DNA of 62,028 nt, from assembly GCA_043801155.1 (NCBI GenBank), contig JAZDMI010000020.1, positions 1-62,028 on the forward strand, written 5' to 3'. How positions within the stretch are numbered: the first letter of the stretch is position 1; every line of letters begins with the position of its first letter. The notes under the pieces were generated by a model. It was not told the DNA's origin and did no database searches. It worked only from the letters and a program-made list of their open reading frames with translations. Shown in pieces: positions 1-10,436 of the stretch. A program made the translations under genes and the position numbers. This DNA is from Candidatus Gottesmanbacteria bacterium (GTDB lineage Bacteria; Patescibacteriota; Microgenomatia; JAMCYU01).

Positions 1-191
1 CCTTTAAGCGCAGCTTCAATACCTGCTTCGGCAGCAGCAAATGCTCGCGATGAATGTTCTAACTGGCTGGAAATCTTAACATCTGTAGCTGACCTGGTGG
101 CTAACGATAATCCCATGGTTAAACCAACGACCATAACTAATAGAACGATTAATAATATTTGACCGTTTTGTTTGCCAATATTATTTTTCAT
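1..191 (-). CDS. pilus-associated protein, PilX-N-like (N-terminal part only; ORF runs off the window)
   Basis: My translation of the minus strand from the ATG at 189-191 gives MKNNIGKQNGQILLIVLLVMVVGLTMGLSLATRSATDVKISSQLEHSSRAFAAAEAGIEAALKG. It has one N-terminal TM helix followed by an AFxAAEAG motif like PilX N-terminal domains. It lies at the end of the pseudopilin row. Confidence 0.45.
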   Translation of the reverse strand, partial: MKNNIGKQNGQILLIVLLVMVVGLTMGLSLATRSATDVKISSQLEHSSRAFAAAEAGIEAALK

Positions 192-241
192 ATTAAAACC
201 ATTGTATGCAATTTTAATGAATATTGTCAATCCTTCGACTT

Positions 242-727
242 TTAATATGTTCTTAAAGAAACTGTTGTCTGAAAATCAAGCGATGCTTTTTCTTCAGCCA
301 GAGTTGTTGTTAAATTTGCCTGCGTTACTGTAAAATTCATTTTAACAAACGGCGGTGCACCTTGCGGTTTAGTACAATTAAAAGTTAATCCACTAACAAC
401 CACTTTATCATTAGTCAAATAGTTACCAGTAGTAGTAGCACCTTCAGAAGCGATTTTATTACCGACTAAAGAAAATGTCGTTGTATATTTATCAGTATTT
501 AAAATCGTTAATTGATCTGCTCCATTGCAAGTAGCTGATTTAGCGCTTCGAATCATATTCTCCATCATTGAGATCGCATATTCGCCATTTTGCTTAACAT
601 CGCGCATCACATCGCCTTTATTTGCTCCTTTAATGGATGTAAATAAAATAATCATGGCAATACTGCCAACACTGGCCATTAAACCGATCGCGACTAACAT
701 TTCAATTAGACTAAATCCTTTTTTCAT
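242..727 (-). CDS. prepilin-type N-terminal cleavage/methylation domain protein (minor pilin/pseudopilin)
   Basis: N-terminus MKKGFSLIEMLVAIGLM matches the class III signal (G/FxLxE plus a hydrophobic helix). An alternative start lies at 733. Confidence 0.75.
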   Translation of the reverse strand: MKKGFSLIEMLVAIGLMASVGSIAMIILFTSIKGANKGDVMRDVKQNGEYAISMMENMIRSAKSATCNGADQLTILNTDKYTTTFSLVGNKIASEGATTTGNYLTNDKVVVSGLTFNCTKPQGAPPFVKMNFTVTQANLTTTLAEEKASLDFQTTVSLRTY

Positions 728-1197
728 TGCCAATTAGTAAAATATGATTCTAAATTTGATTTGTGATTACCACCAGCATCTGACCAGGAAACTGTAATAG
801 TAGCTTTAATTTTAATTTCTGGGAGTGTAGCAGGTTCGGTAAATAATAAGACTTCTCTTTTAAAGACTGTAGCAGAAGAAGGTCCGCTAATATAATCAGA
901 AGTACCGCACGCATTCGTTGATGGCCATGTAGATGTAGGTAACGTACTTATACAATATCTATTGCCTGGACTTGAGGTAGTAGATAATGGATAAAACGTG
1001 CTCCAATTTTGATCCCGCTGTGATCTTACCCACTCCATTCCTTCAGTGGCGTATTTAGTTGCCAAAGCTTGATTTTTAGAAAATTGCGCATTTTTAACCG
1101 CAGAAGTGACGGCAGTAACTAAACCGCTAATTATTAATATCGAAGCAGCCAAAGCAATCAGGGTTTCAATTAAAAATTGACCCTTATTTTTCTTCAT
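724..1197 (-). CDS. prepilin-type minor pilin/pseudopilin
   Basis: The internal start MKKNKGQFLIETLIALAASILIISG gives a prepilin leader plus a conserved Glu. The longer ORF-track start at 1236 would overlap the upstream gene. Confidence 0.7.
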   Translation of the reverse strand: MKKNKGQFLIETLIALAASILIISGLVTAVTSAVKNAQFSKNQALATKYATEGMEWVRSQRDQNWSTFYPLSTTSSPGNRYCISTLPTSTWPSTNACGTSDYISGPSSATVFKREVLLFTEPATLPEIKIKATITVSWSDAGGNHKSNLESYFTNWQ

Positions 1198-1204
1198 ACG
1201 AATA

Positions 1205-1729
1205 TTATGGGCAAACTGAAACTGCTCCACCGTCAATTATTTCTCCTGATCTTGTTACTTGAATTTTATAGTATTGAGTTCCAGTATTCCCATATCGTAA
1301 ACAAAATGTTCTTGGAGTCCTTACTCCTTGACCAAATATTTTAAACGCTACACGATTAAGATTAAAAGAATCACCGGCAAAATCTCCCGGATTATTAACT
1401 CGTACTGGGGATTTTAGGGATAGTCCACCTACTACCACCGGAAAAGTACCGCCTCCACCATTATCACATTGAGCACGAATTGAGTAGGTAGTTACATTTG
1501 AAAAATATACTTCATATCCGACTAATTTTTGACAGTTTAAAGAGGGTTTTTCAACAGCCATTGCTTTTTCCTGTGCCTGACGAATATGAGTTATTAAATT
1601 TAAGGCAGAGCTTTTTAGAATTTGCCGTTTATTAAAATCAGTGTACTTCGCATAACCGAAACTACTTAAAATAGAGACAATAACTATGGCTATTATCAAT
1701 TCAATAAAAGTAAAACCATTATTTTTCAT
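1205..1729 (-). CDS. prepilin-type minor pilin/pseudopilin (GspH/FimT-like)
   Basis: MKNNGFTFIELIIAIVIVSILSS prepilin motif. Confidence 0.7.
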   Translation of the reverse strand: MKNNGFTFIELIIAIVIVSILSSFGYAKYTDFNKRQILKSSALNLITHIRQAQEKAMAVEKPSLNCQKLVGYEVYFSNVTTYSIRAQCDNGGGGTFPVVVGGLSLKSPVRVNNPGDFAGDSFNLNRVAFKIFGQGVRTPRTFCLRYGNTGTQYYKIQVTRSGEIIDGGAVSVCP

Positions 1730-2230
1730 TTAAGGATTCGCAAGTTGATAGGCTTTACCTGAACTACACGCTGCCCCGATAAACCCTGATGATACAATGT
1801 CTAACCCAGTATCACCAGCAAACTCTATACACGCTTGCACTTTATAGGTTTTGTTAGTACTGTCATAATAATATCGGTAATTAGCAGCAGTATCGGTAGT
1901 ATTTGACGGTAGAACCATATACGTATTTGAGCTACAAGACCATGTATTACCCCAAGAACATGTTGCTGCAGAAGAACAAGTGGTACACCCAATAATTTCA
2001 TAACCGTCTGTGCTCGATGGGTAAGTATTATTATCGGCTCGATACATCTCTAAGGCGTTTTTTACCTGTTGCAGATTAGCTTTTCTTTTGGCATCGCGCG
2101 ATCTTTGTAAATATGCTGGTCCAAAACTAGCTAGCCCGATGGCTGAGACTACACCAATAATTACAATAACCATTAAAAGTTCAATTAATGTAAAACCTTT
2201 ATTTAATTTGCATTTATATATTTTCCACAT
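1730..2230 (-). CDS. type IV pilin-like protein
   Basis: MWKIYKCKLNKGFTLIELLMVIVIIGVVSAIG. The body is Cys-rich, typical of pilin disulfide loops. Confidence 0.75.
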   Translation of the reverse strand: MWKIYKCKLNKGFTLIELLMVIVIIGVVSAIGLASFGPAYLQRSRDAKRKANLQQVKNALEMYRADNNTYPSSTDGYEIIGCTTCSSAATCSWGNTWSCSSNTYMVLPSNTTDTAANYRYYYDSTNKTYKVQACIEFAGDTGLDIVSSGFIGAACSSGKAYQLANP

Positions 2231-2316
2231 AAAAATTTTCCTCCAATTCCAGTATGGCATTTACAAAGAATCATGTCAATCCTTGAGCTAAAAACGGAAT
2301 TTCTTTAAAAGATAGA

Positions 2317-2760
2317 TTAAGGAGTACAACTTGATAAAGATAGTTCAATCATTTTACCAGTGGCTGATCGCCAGCACCAAACATTCCCAGATCCAGATAT
2401 GCTGGGATCTTTTAGGGTCCCATAGATCGAAGCTTCACAGGCTCCAGCAACACAGACATTGCTCCGACTATATATATATGATCCACCTTCAGGTGGTATT
2501 GGATACGTTCTTAGGTCTCCCGATGTAACTAATGTGGTTTCTGGACTTGTAGGGAAAAGAGAATTTAGAACAAAATAGTTCTGTAAACCGGTGGCAATTT
2601 GACTGATATCGCTTTTAACTTTTGAATCTCTCGCCTGATTTATTCTTTTAATGGGATTAATTAAAACTATAATTGCTACAGCAAAAATACCAATCATAGC
2701 GATAACAAAAACTAATTCTATTATTGTAAAACCTAAAACACGAGCAGGATTTTTGACCAT
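2317..2760 (-). CDS. type IV pilin-like protein
   Basis: MVKNPARVLGFTIIELVFVIAMIGIF prepilin motif. Confidence 0.7.
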   Translation of the reverse strand: MVKNPARVLGFTIIELVFVIAMIGIFAVAIIVLINPIKRINQARDSKVKSDISQIATGLQNYFVLNSLFPTSPETTLVTSGDLRTYPIPPEGGSYIYSRSNVCVAGACEASIYGTLKDPSISGSGNVWCWRSATGKMIELSLSSCTP

Positions 2761-3491
2761 ATTAATTCCCCCCAAAATAATGCAATTATTGTTGATCCAA
2801 CTAGGAATGGACCAAAGGGAATATGACTTTTTAATTTTTTTCTGCCTACTAAAATTAGTATTACACCAAATAAAGCGCCTGTCAAGAAGGCTAGATATAA
2901 AGCAATTATAATCTTGGGAAATCCCAGGAATAATCCCATTAAGAGCGTTAATTTAATATCTCCGAAACCCATTCCCCGACCACGTGTTATTAAAAAAAGT
3001 AGTAGGAAAAGACCAGCGGCCAGTATACCTGACACCATGTAATTTAGTATTAAGTATTTAGTATTAAGTACTATGTATAAAACCGAAATAATTATCGCTG
3101 GATAAATAATTTGGTCGGGGATAATTTCATGTTCTAAGTCAATAAAGAAGATAACAATAAGGGCGTAGATAATGAGTAAGTAATAAGTAGTTAGCAGATA
3201 GTCTAAATTACTGAATACTGAATAGTGGATAATGAATAGTGTTAATATCGCAGTTATTAACTCCACCAGCGGATAACGCCAACTAATGGGGGAATGGCAA
3301 TGACGACATCGCCCGCGGAGAAAAAGAAAAGAGAGAAGAGGAATATTATTATACCAGAAAATCTTCTGTTTACACTTTGGACAAAATGATCGGCCAGTAA
3401 TTGACAATCCCAGAGGAAGACGATAAATTAAAACATTAAAAAATGACCCAAAACACAAACCAATAATAAAAAGAAAAATATAAATCATCAT
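2733..3491 (-). CDS. pilD: prepilin peptidase (A24 family)
   Basis: Zn-finger-like CPKC..CRHC in the first cytoplasmic loop, polytopic TM profile, and a GFGDIKL aspartyl motif. Confidence 0.85.
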   Translation of the reverse strand: MMIYIFLFIIGLCFGSFFNVLIYRLPLGLSITGRSFCPKCKQKIFWYNNIPLLSFLFLRGRCRHCHSPISWRYPLVELITAILTLFIIHYSVFSNLDYLLTTYYLLIIYALIVIFFIDLEHEIIPDQIIYPAIIISVLYIVLNTKYLILNYMVSGILAAGLFLLLFLITRGRGMGFGDIKLTLLMGLFLGFPKIIIALYLAFLTGALFGVILILVGRKKLKSHIPFGPFLVGSTIIALFWGELIWSKILLVF

Positions 3492-4745
3492 TTATAAATT
3501 GATAAAAGGGTATCCTCCCCAATAAGAGTACATATAAAAAAGGTTAATAAAAACACTATAAACTATTAATATTTTATGAGAAAAAAGTAGTTTACCATTA
3601 AAGGATTTTAATAATATTAGAAGTAAAAAAGGATAGAAATCCATTGCATAACGATAACCATATTGAATGTATCCGATACCATAATAAGTCATAATTGGTA
3701 TTGCGATTATGACAATAGTTAATATCTCATTAAAACTTTTTTTCAGTCCAGGTAAAAAGAAAGGTAATATAAATAATGGCGAGGTAAAAATTATACTTAA
3801 TCCCCAACCATCATGTCCCAAATAGGGAAAAGTCGCAATGTTAGTATTCGGTTCAACAAATATATCAAAACCTTTAAAAAATAAATAATAAAGATTTGTA
3901 GGTATATGATGAAAAGAAAATAATCCGTATCTTAGAGCCGCCTGGAAATCTGTACTTAAAGAAATTGCAGTGTTGTATCTAAATCCAGTTTCCAAAAAAT
4001 TTCCAAAGCGTACGAAATTGTAAAGAAATAAAATAATTAATATTAAGACTATGGGTGTTAATAATTTGACAAGGTTGATTAATTTCTGATTGATTGATTT
4101 TTTATCTTGAATTAAAGTCAAAATAAAAAAAATTAAGGTAAGAAAAAGATTAATCCTGGTAGCCATCGCCATTGATATATAGAAACCCATAAGAAAATAT
4201 CTTTTATTATTCAGGTATTCATTTATACTTAATAAGATAAAAAGCAGGCCGATAATTTGAGTTTGATAAGCAGAAAAAAATATTAAGGCTACTGAAGCAA
4301 CAAGAGTCCCAAAAACGAAAAATATTGCCAACCACCAAGAATCTGTTTTTTGAAATCGAAATTTTTTTGCAATTTTATAAACAAGTAAAAAACAGATAAT
4401 GGATGAAAACAGGGAGACAAGACTTGATGGATATCTATCTCCTTTCATTAAAACTCCTGGGATCGCCAAGATAGCTGGTAATGGTCCAAAATATACATAG
4501 TATTTTCCTTTATAAAGAGCCAAGTCGGCATTAGGGAAACGGTATGATCCAGGTTGTAAATCAAGTCTTCCTTTGATTAAGCTTTGAGCCAAAAGGGTAA
4601 AATGATTATCAATGGCTCTTGGTGTTGCGGTATTATAGAAATTAAATGCTATCGTAAGATATTTTAAAGAGAAAATTAAACAAAAAATTAAAATAGTCAT
4701 TAAAAATATATATTTTTTTATTAATAATTGCTTCTGTTTATTCAT
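3492..4745 (-). CDS. polytopic membrane protein, GT-C-like glycosyltransferase candidate
   Basis: 417 aa with at least 10 hydrophobic helices and an ArnT/PMT-like overall profile. No sharp motif was seen. Confidence 0.4.
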   Translation of the reverse strand: MNKQKQLLIKKYIFLMTILIFCLIFSLKYLTIAFNFYNTATPRAIDNHFTLLAQSLIKGRLDLQPGSYRFPNADLALYKGKYYVYFGPLPAILAIPGVLMKGDRYPSSLVSLFSSIICFLLVYKIAKKFRFQKTDSWWLAIFFVFGTLVASVALIFFSAYQTQIIGLLFILLSINEYLNNKRYFLMGFYISMAMATRINLFLTLIFFILTLIQDKKSINQKLINLVKLLTPIVLILIILFLYNFVRFGNFLETGFRYNTAISLSTDFQAALRYGLFSFHHIPTNLYYLFFKGFDIFVEPNTNIATFPYLGHDGWGLSIIFTSPLFILPFFLPGLKKSFNEILTIVIIAIPIMTYYGIGYIQYGYRYAMDFYPFLLLILLKSFNGKLLFSHKILIVYSVFINLFYMYSYWGGYPFINL

Positions 4746-4746
4746 A

Positions 4747-6261
4747 TTAGTTATTTAATAATTTGAATATTTTGTACGCTTGGTTATCAAATACTTTTTC
4801 CTTAGGTAACACCTTATCAAGATAGGAATAAATATCTGATGTCCATGGATTAGACATACCGTATGTTTGGTAAATAATATAATCGGCATTGTCATTTTCT
4901 GGATCACGGCCGATTGGTCTACCGGTTAAGTATGATATTTCAGGAGCTCTGTAAATTCCAATACCGGATATTTTTTTTACATAAGGTATAGATATATTGA
5001 CAAAATTTGCTGTTTCTTTTTGTTTTTTTAACAACAAATTTTCTTTAAAATATGGAGTTTTACTTTCTCCGACGAAGAGAAGATTTTGTTCTACAAGCTT
5101 GGTTAAATTAATAGCAGGATTATTTAATCTCTTTCTCTCGATAAAAGAATCAACTATAAAAATACTAATAAATAATAATAAAAGTACTATTTTATTCTTG
5201 TTTAATTTTTTTAAAAATACAGTTAAAAAATAGGGGATAATAATTATAAATGACAGAATCGAAGGAAAAAAATATCTATACCAATTAGTTGAACATATAA
5301 AGAGAAAGTATAAAGAGAAAAATAATTGAAAAAGGGCAACCATTTTAAAGAATATGATTTCTTTCTTACTCTTAGTAAATAGCACATATATACCAATAAA
5401 AAGCATGATTGTTATAAATAAAATTGGATTTAGGAAAAAAACATAATTAATCATTCTTAGACGATCATAGAACGCAAGAGGATTGGGATGTGATAATGAT
5501 CCATTAAATATTATGGTACTTGACCATATTTCTATGAATTTTGGCAAATTAAATTGGATAGAGATCAAAATATATAGATTCCATAATATTAAAATCATCA
5601 GCCCACCTGCTATAATTATTGACAGATTTTGAATTTGTTTATTATAATCTTTATTTGTAATAACCTGCATAAACCAAACTATTATAATTGGGATAATACT
5701 GATAAAAAAAATATTTTTTGTTAACACAGACAAGGCAATAAAAATACCTGTTAAAAAATATTTCTTTTTAGTAAAAAAGTAATAACTAAATATAAGCAGG
5801 GTAAGAGCAGGAATTTCTCCTAATACATGAGTCGAGAAAAAAAAGAATAATGGAGTAAATAATACAAGGACAAGAAATATAATTTTTTGATTATCCAAAA
5901 TGTATATATGTTTAAGCAATAACCAAAGTAACACTATTACATATATATTTATAACTAATCTTGGTAGGAATGGCAGAATAGTATTTACGAATAAAGATGC
6001 TGGGATTATAACAGTAGGGCCGGTCGTTATATTATAATCAAACAATCTTTCAAATGAGGCATATGTCAAATGGTAACGAAGATTTGTACTAACTTGAAGG
6101 AATACGCCTTCATCAAAATCATATGAAGCATTTATGGTTTGGGATATTAATACGATCAAAATATAGAAGAATAATAGGCGTATTAAAAATCGGATATTAT
6201 TATTAATAGATTGGTAATTTATTACTAAGTTATGTTTAAAAAAGTGACGATTTTCCATCAT
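4747..6261 (-). CDS. polytopic membrane protein, GT-C (GT39/83-like) glycosyltransferase candidate
   Basis: 504 aa and multi-TM. A YDFDEGVF motif directly after TM1 resembles the acidic DE motif in the first loop of ArnT/PMT-type enzymes. Confidence 0.45.
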   Translation of the reverse strand: MMENRHFFKHNLVINYQSINNNIRFLIRLLFFYILIVLISQTINASYDFDEGVFLQVSTNLRYHLTYASFERLFDYNITTGPTVIIPASLFVNTILPFLPRLVINIYVIVLLWLLLKHIYILDNQKIIFLVLVLFTPLFFFFSTHVLGEIPALTLLIFSYYFFTKKKYFLTGIFIALSVLTKNIFFISIIPIIIVWFMQVITNKDYNKQIQNLSIIIAGGLMILILWNLYILISIQFNLPKFIEIWSSTIIFNGSLSHPNPLAFYDRLRMINYVFFLNPILFITIMLFIGIYVLFTKSKKEIIFFKMVALFQLFFSLYFLFICSTNWYRYFFPSILSFIIIIPYFLTVFLKKLNKNKIVLLLLFISIFIVDSFIERKRLNNPAINLTKLVEQNLLFVGESKTPYFKENLLLKKQKETANFVNISIPYVKKISGIGIYRAPEISYLTGRPIGRDPENDNADYIIYQTYGMSNPWTSDIYSYLDKVLPKEKVFDNQAYKIFKLLNN

Positions 6262-6367
6262 ACTGCTTACCGTATATTGAAATTATTCTCATCTTATATT
6301 AAAGAGTTATTAATGTAAAGAATTATTAGAAAAATATTCAACTATCAATAAAAAATTTCGGCTATCT

Positions 6368-7999
6368 ATGAAAAAACTTTGGTTACTCACAATCATCATC
6401 TTTCTAATTTATTTTCATCCGTGGAATAAAGATTTTCCTCTTCCAGTCTATAATACTAAGGAGTCTTTTAACAAAACCTTCAGCAACTATTTTTATTATA
6501 GTTCTGAAATCAAACGCGGTAATCTCCCGTTTTGGAATCCTCTAGTCGCAAATGGCAGTACATTTTTAGCACAAACTGATTACTCCCTATTTAATCCTTT
6601 AACCCTGATCGTTTTAAGGTTTTTACCTTTCCCTTTAAATTTGAAGATTTTATATCTGATTAGTTTTTTAATAGCATCCACCGGTATGTTTCTTTTCTTA
6701 AAATCCCTCAAGCAGAAAGGAAATGCTTTTGCCGGTACTTGCATTTTCGTCTTTTTTGGTCCATTCTTGTCGATGGTAAGCGATCTGAATGTCTTACAAA
6801 CTCTAAGTTTAGTCCCTTGGATCTTTTTATTAGTCAATAAATCATTAGCTCTTGGAGGTCTCGTTATAGCTCTACAGGTTCTCTCTGGTCCATTTGAACT
6901 AACATTATTAACGCTTTTTTTTGTCCTAATCTATTATCGTTCCATAAGGGTTATTTGGACGATGATTGCCGGCTTATGTTTATCTTCTATCAAGCTTATA
7001 ACCTTTTTTGATATTTCTAGTTTAACCATTGCCCCTTTGCAGTATTTTTATGTAGCTTCTACAAACATAAATAGTATTCGATTCTTTTATCCAAGTATTG
7101 TTACAATTATTTCCGTTTTCTTTATAAGAAAAAATGTCATTTATTTATTTTTAGTTATTTTTTGTTTATTAATGGCGTTTCCGGCAATATCACCTCTCTA
7201 TATTCTGTACTTGACCCCGCCATTTTTTTGGATTAATCGCCCAGAAATATTTTTAAGTTTTGCCGGGTTTTTCCTTGGCGCTATAGTATCAATAAACTGG
7301 CGTCGATTATTTATAATCATCTTGTTTATCGAGCTTATCGTTTTTAACTTTCTCAATTTACCTAAGGAAACAGCTGGTCAAATTATGGTAAGTCTTGAAA
7401 AGAAATATCCGTTCATCAATAAAATACAGAAAGAAAAGGCTAAAATTTGGTTTAATGATAGTGTCTTAAGTACACAGATCGAGCCCTTAGAACCAAATAA
7501 TAATTTACTATGGGGTATAACCTCATTAAATAGCTACGAACCAGGAACCAAAAGACATCAAACATATCTATCATTACTTAATCCTAGTGCTAACAGACTT
7601 CTAAGTATACAATCAGTCAAATACCAAGTTAATCCGTTTAAAAGTATAAATAACCCCTTGCCTGAAGTGTATACCGCTAATAAAATTACGTTAGTCAAAA
7701 CTACTGAACAATTGATAGATCTTTTACTTGATAAGAAGTTTAGTCCAGAAAAAGAATCGTTAGTTGAAGAAAAACTTAGATCTACTAAAATTACTATTGT
7801 CACCCAAAGTTATTCCAAACTCTTTAAAAATGTTGTCCCGGTTAATCTTGATCAGCAAGGTATGGTCGGAGATAGAAAATCTTCATTAGATTTGCAGAGT
7901 TTAAAAATTGGGATAACCATTACTTTAATTTCGCTTATTTTTCTAATTCTTTTAAATTTCTCTCGCTGGCAGCTTTTTTTTCACCATAAATCTGGTTAA
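6368..7999 (+). CDS. large polytopic membrane protein (YfhO/GT-C-like)
   Basis: 543 aa with many TM helices and a soluble C-terminal region. Family assignment is tentative. Confidence 0.4.
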   Translation: MKKLWLLTIIIFLIYFHPWNKDFPLPVYNTKESFNKTFSNYFYYSSEIKRGNLPFWNPLVANGSTFLAQTDYSLFNPLTLIVLRFLPFPLNLKILYLISFLIASTGMFLFLKSLKQKGNAFAGTCIFVFFGPFLSMVSDLNVLQTLSLVPWIFLLVNKSLALGGLVIALQVLSGPFELTLLTLFFVLIYYRSIRVIWTMIAGLCLSSIKLITFFDISSLTIAPLQYFYVASTNINSIRFFYPSIVTIISVFFIRKNVIYLFLVIFCLLMAFPAISPLYILYLTPPFFWINRPEIFLSFAGFFLGAIVSINWRRLFIIILFIELIVFNFLNLPKETAGQIMVSLEKKYPFINKIQKEKAKIWFNDSVLSTQIEPLEPNNNLLWGITSLNSYEPGTKRHQTYLSLLNPSANRLLSIQSVKYQVNPFKSINNPLPEVYTANKITLVKTTEQLIDLLLDKKFSPEKESLVEEKLRSTKITIVTQSYSKLFKNVVPVNLDQQGMVGDRKSSLDLQSLKIGITITLISLIFLILLNFSRWQLFFHHKSG

Positions 8000-9911
8000 A
8001 TTTGATTTCTTTTTGTTTATTTTTATAACATTCCCTGGCATTCTCAGCCAAATAAAAATACGGTTCGGCTGCAGATTGATCATCATTAATGATTTTAAAT
8101 AATTCCTGTTCGGCTCTTAGGCAATTACCTTCTTTGGTGTAAATAAAACTTAGGTATAAACGCGAGTCAATATCTTGAGGGTTATATTTAAGTGCTTGCA
8201 GGAAAAAGGATTTTGCTTGAGAGACCTTATCTTCTGATAATAGATATAAACCCGTCCTCGAAGCTCCAATTTGATAGATATTAATTACCTCAGATAAAGT
8301 TGTTGGGCGAAACCATTTTAAAATACCAGCTAGAGGACTATGATATCTAGCCCAGGTTTTTTCGTTAACGGCAATTATTTGTTCGATTGGTGGCTTATCA
8401 TCTTCATGAGCATAAAATCTTACCAGCATACCCGTGGGTACGAGTACACCTGTTTTAAAAAAATCTACAGTATTACTAAAGATAGCTGAGCTTGAAGCAT
8501 TAAGTTCGATAATCTTGGTTAAAAGATTTTTTTCTACTTTTTGAGGCAAAACTAGATCTGGATATTTTTTCCTTATAGACTCTATACCCAATGTCATCGG
8601 TATTAGTCTGACTTTAGGATACTCTTTAAGACAAAAATAAACATATTCTGTATCAAATATTTCTGTATCTCCCGATAGTAATAGTATATCGCCCGGACTT
8701 ACGGTAGCCAATATATCACGTCCTAAGTTTTCAGCAGTAAAATCAGATCTTAAGGCCATAATTTTAGGTACATTACGAATAAAAAGACTCACCGGAATAA
8801 CAAATAAAGAAAGTGTAACAAGAAAACGTATAAATTTTATTTTCGAGAAATCAGCTACTCGTTTAATAAACCAAAATATACCTACTCCTAACAATATACC
8901 GCTAAAAATCAGTTCTGGCAGAACAAAACGACTATACATTCCTAAAATAAATAATTCAGTATTATTAATTGGAAAGCCTAAATAAAAGAGAAATAGTTCT
9001 TCAGCTAAAAGAAGAAGAAAAATCAAGAGGAAAAATTTTCTTTCATGGCGATATAAATAAATTAAACCCGTTATAATAAAAATTATCCACGGCCAACCAA
9101 AAAAACGCGGTATAAGTAGTAATCCATCAAGGATTAATATTCCACGAGGTATTAATCCCATCTGTAGGCTAACCGGGTGACTTAAAAATGTCCCATATCC
9201 CTGTCGAGTAATTAATTTCCAAAAATTTTCTAAGTTAACGGCATTATTCCAGCTAATAACCGGATAAGTTCGTGCAGCTAATAGGATATAAAAGTAGGGG
9301 ATTAAACCTAAGAAAAAAAGAGCAAAGCATTTAATAATTTTTTCTAATCTTTTTTTCTGCCAGTATTTAAAATTGTACTTATATATAAAAAAAATAAAAA
9401 CTGGATAGAACCAGAATGAAAAATGATGATGACTGGCAGACAAACCGGCAATAAAAAAAAATAGGAATACCTTTCTATTATCTATATTTTTCATGATTAA
9501 TATTGTCAGGTATAAAAGAATTATGATAAATAGATTATTAAGAGAAAATACTTCGGGGACAGAGGCATATAACCAAAAGAGATAAGAAAATGCCATAGTT
9601 GCTGCACCTATAATGCTGGCCAGTTTACTTTTTGTTAGTTGCCAAATTATAAGATATATTACGGTTATCGTCCCCGCTGCAGGTAATGATGATAGAAGAG
9701 ACACTCTCCATGCTGGGGTAAAAAGGGGAAGGCTATAAAAAAATCTTCCCAATAACATATAGAGAGGATACCCGGGAGGATGGGGGATACCGCCAACACA
9801 TATTGCTGATACTAAATCACCACCATCACCACCAAAAATACTTTGAGACTGAAAAAGAATAAAAAAAATTGCTGAAAATAAAAAAATAAGTAAGAAATAT
9901 TTCCTTACCAT
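7935..9911 (-). CDS. DUF2723-type GT-C membrane protein with C-terminal TPR repeats
   Basis: The N-terminal GGDGGDLVSAICVGGIPHPPGYPLYMLLG resembles the DUF2723/TMEM260-like signature. It has many TM helices and a TPR-like C-terminus (KAKSFFLQALKYNPQD...). Confidence 0.55.
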   Translation of the reverse strand: MVRKYFLLIFLFSAIFFILFQSQSIFGGDGGDLVSAICVGGIPHPPGYPLYMLLGRFFYSLPLFTPAWRVSLLSSLPAAGTITVIYLIIWQLTKSKLASIIGAATMAFSYLFWLYASVPEVFSLNNLFIIILLYLTILIMKNIDNRKVFLFFFIAGLSASHHHFSFWFYPVFIFFIYKYNFKYWQKKRLEKIIKCFALFFLGLIPYFYILLAARTYPVISWNNAVNLENFWKLITRQGYGTFLSHPVSLQMGLIPRGILILDGLLLIPRFFGWPWIIFIITGLIYLYRHERKFFLLIFLLLLAEELFLFYLGFPINNTELFILGMYSRFVLPELIFSGILLGVGIFWFIKRVADFSKIKFIRFLVTLSLFVIPVSLFIRNVPKIMALRSDFTAENLGRDILATVSPGDILLLSGDTEIFDTEYVYFCLKEYPKVRLIPMTLGIESIRKKYPDLVLPQKVEKNLLTKIIELNASSSAIFSNTVDFFKTGVLVPTGMLVRFYAHEDDKPPIEQIIAVNEKTWARYHSPLAGILKWFRPTTLSEVINIYQIGASRTGLYLLSEDKVSQAKSFFLQALKYNPQDIDSRLYLSFIYTKEGNCLRAEQELFKIINDDQSAAEPYFYLAENARECYKNKQKEIKFNQIYGEKKAASERNLKELEK

Positions 9912-9965
9912 ATAGTCTTAATACCCAATATAAGTAAATTTAGTTGATAATATCACACAATATAA

Positions 9966-9989
9966 GGATTCGGCCATACGGCCGAACCC
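9966..9989 (-). terminator. hairpin downstream of the major pilin gene
   Basis: GGATTCGGCC-ATAC-GGCCGAACCC has a GC-rich stem with one mismatch. The minus strand then reads TTATATT. It lies 28 nt after the pilin stop. Confidence 0.5.
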
Positions 9990-10016
9990 CTATATTCAAT
10001 CTTTGACTATTTATTG

Positions 10017-10436
10017 TTATGGACAGTTACCAGTAGCATTTACGGATCCAGCTTTACCGGTGCTTGAACACCACATCCACACACTATATCCTGCGGAAGT
10101 ATATCTTTTTGATTTTAAACTACCCCAGGTTTTTTGACTTAACGGAGTTCCTGAACCAGCAGATAGGCTATAGGCTCCTCCTCCGGGTGGTACAAATGTC
10201 ATTTTCAAATCACCATTGGTGACCAACTGCTCTTGAGATGTAGCATAAGTTCCCGTTTGAACGGTAGCATAAGCTTCCATTGCTTGAGCAATTTGACCAA
10301 TATCACTTTGAACTTTAGCATCATTAGCTGCATTAATCTTATCAATTGGGTCAAGGGCTACAAATATACCGGCGGCTAAAACAGCCAAAACGGCAATAAC
10401 TACTAGTAATTCAATTAATGTAAAACCTTTTTTCAT
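10017..10436 (-). CDS. type IV major pilin candidate
   Basis: MKKGFTLIELLVVIAVLAVLAAGIF, a strong SD (GGAGGGAGGTG), its own terminator, and a C-terminal Cys pair. Confidence 0.8.
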   Translation of the reverse strand: MKKGFTLIELLVVIAVLAVLAAGIFVALDPIDKINAANDAKVQSDIGQIAQAMEAYATVQTGTYATSQEQLVTNGDLKMTFVPPGGGAYSLSAGSGTPLSQKTWGSLKSKRYTSAGYSVWMWCSSTGKAGSVNATGNCP

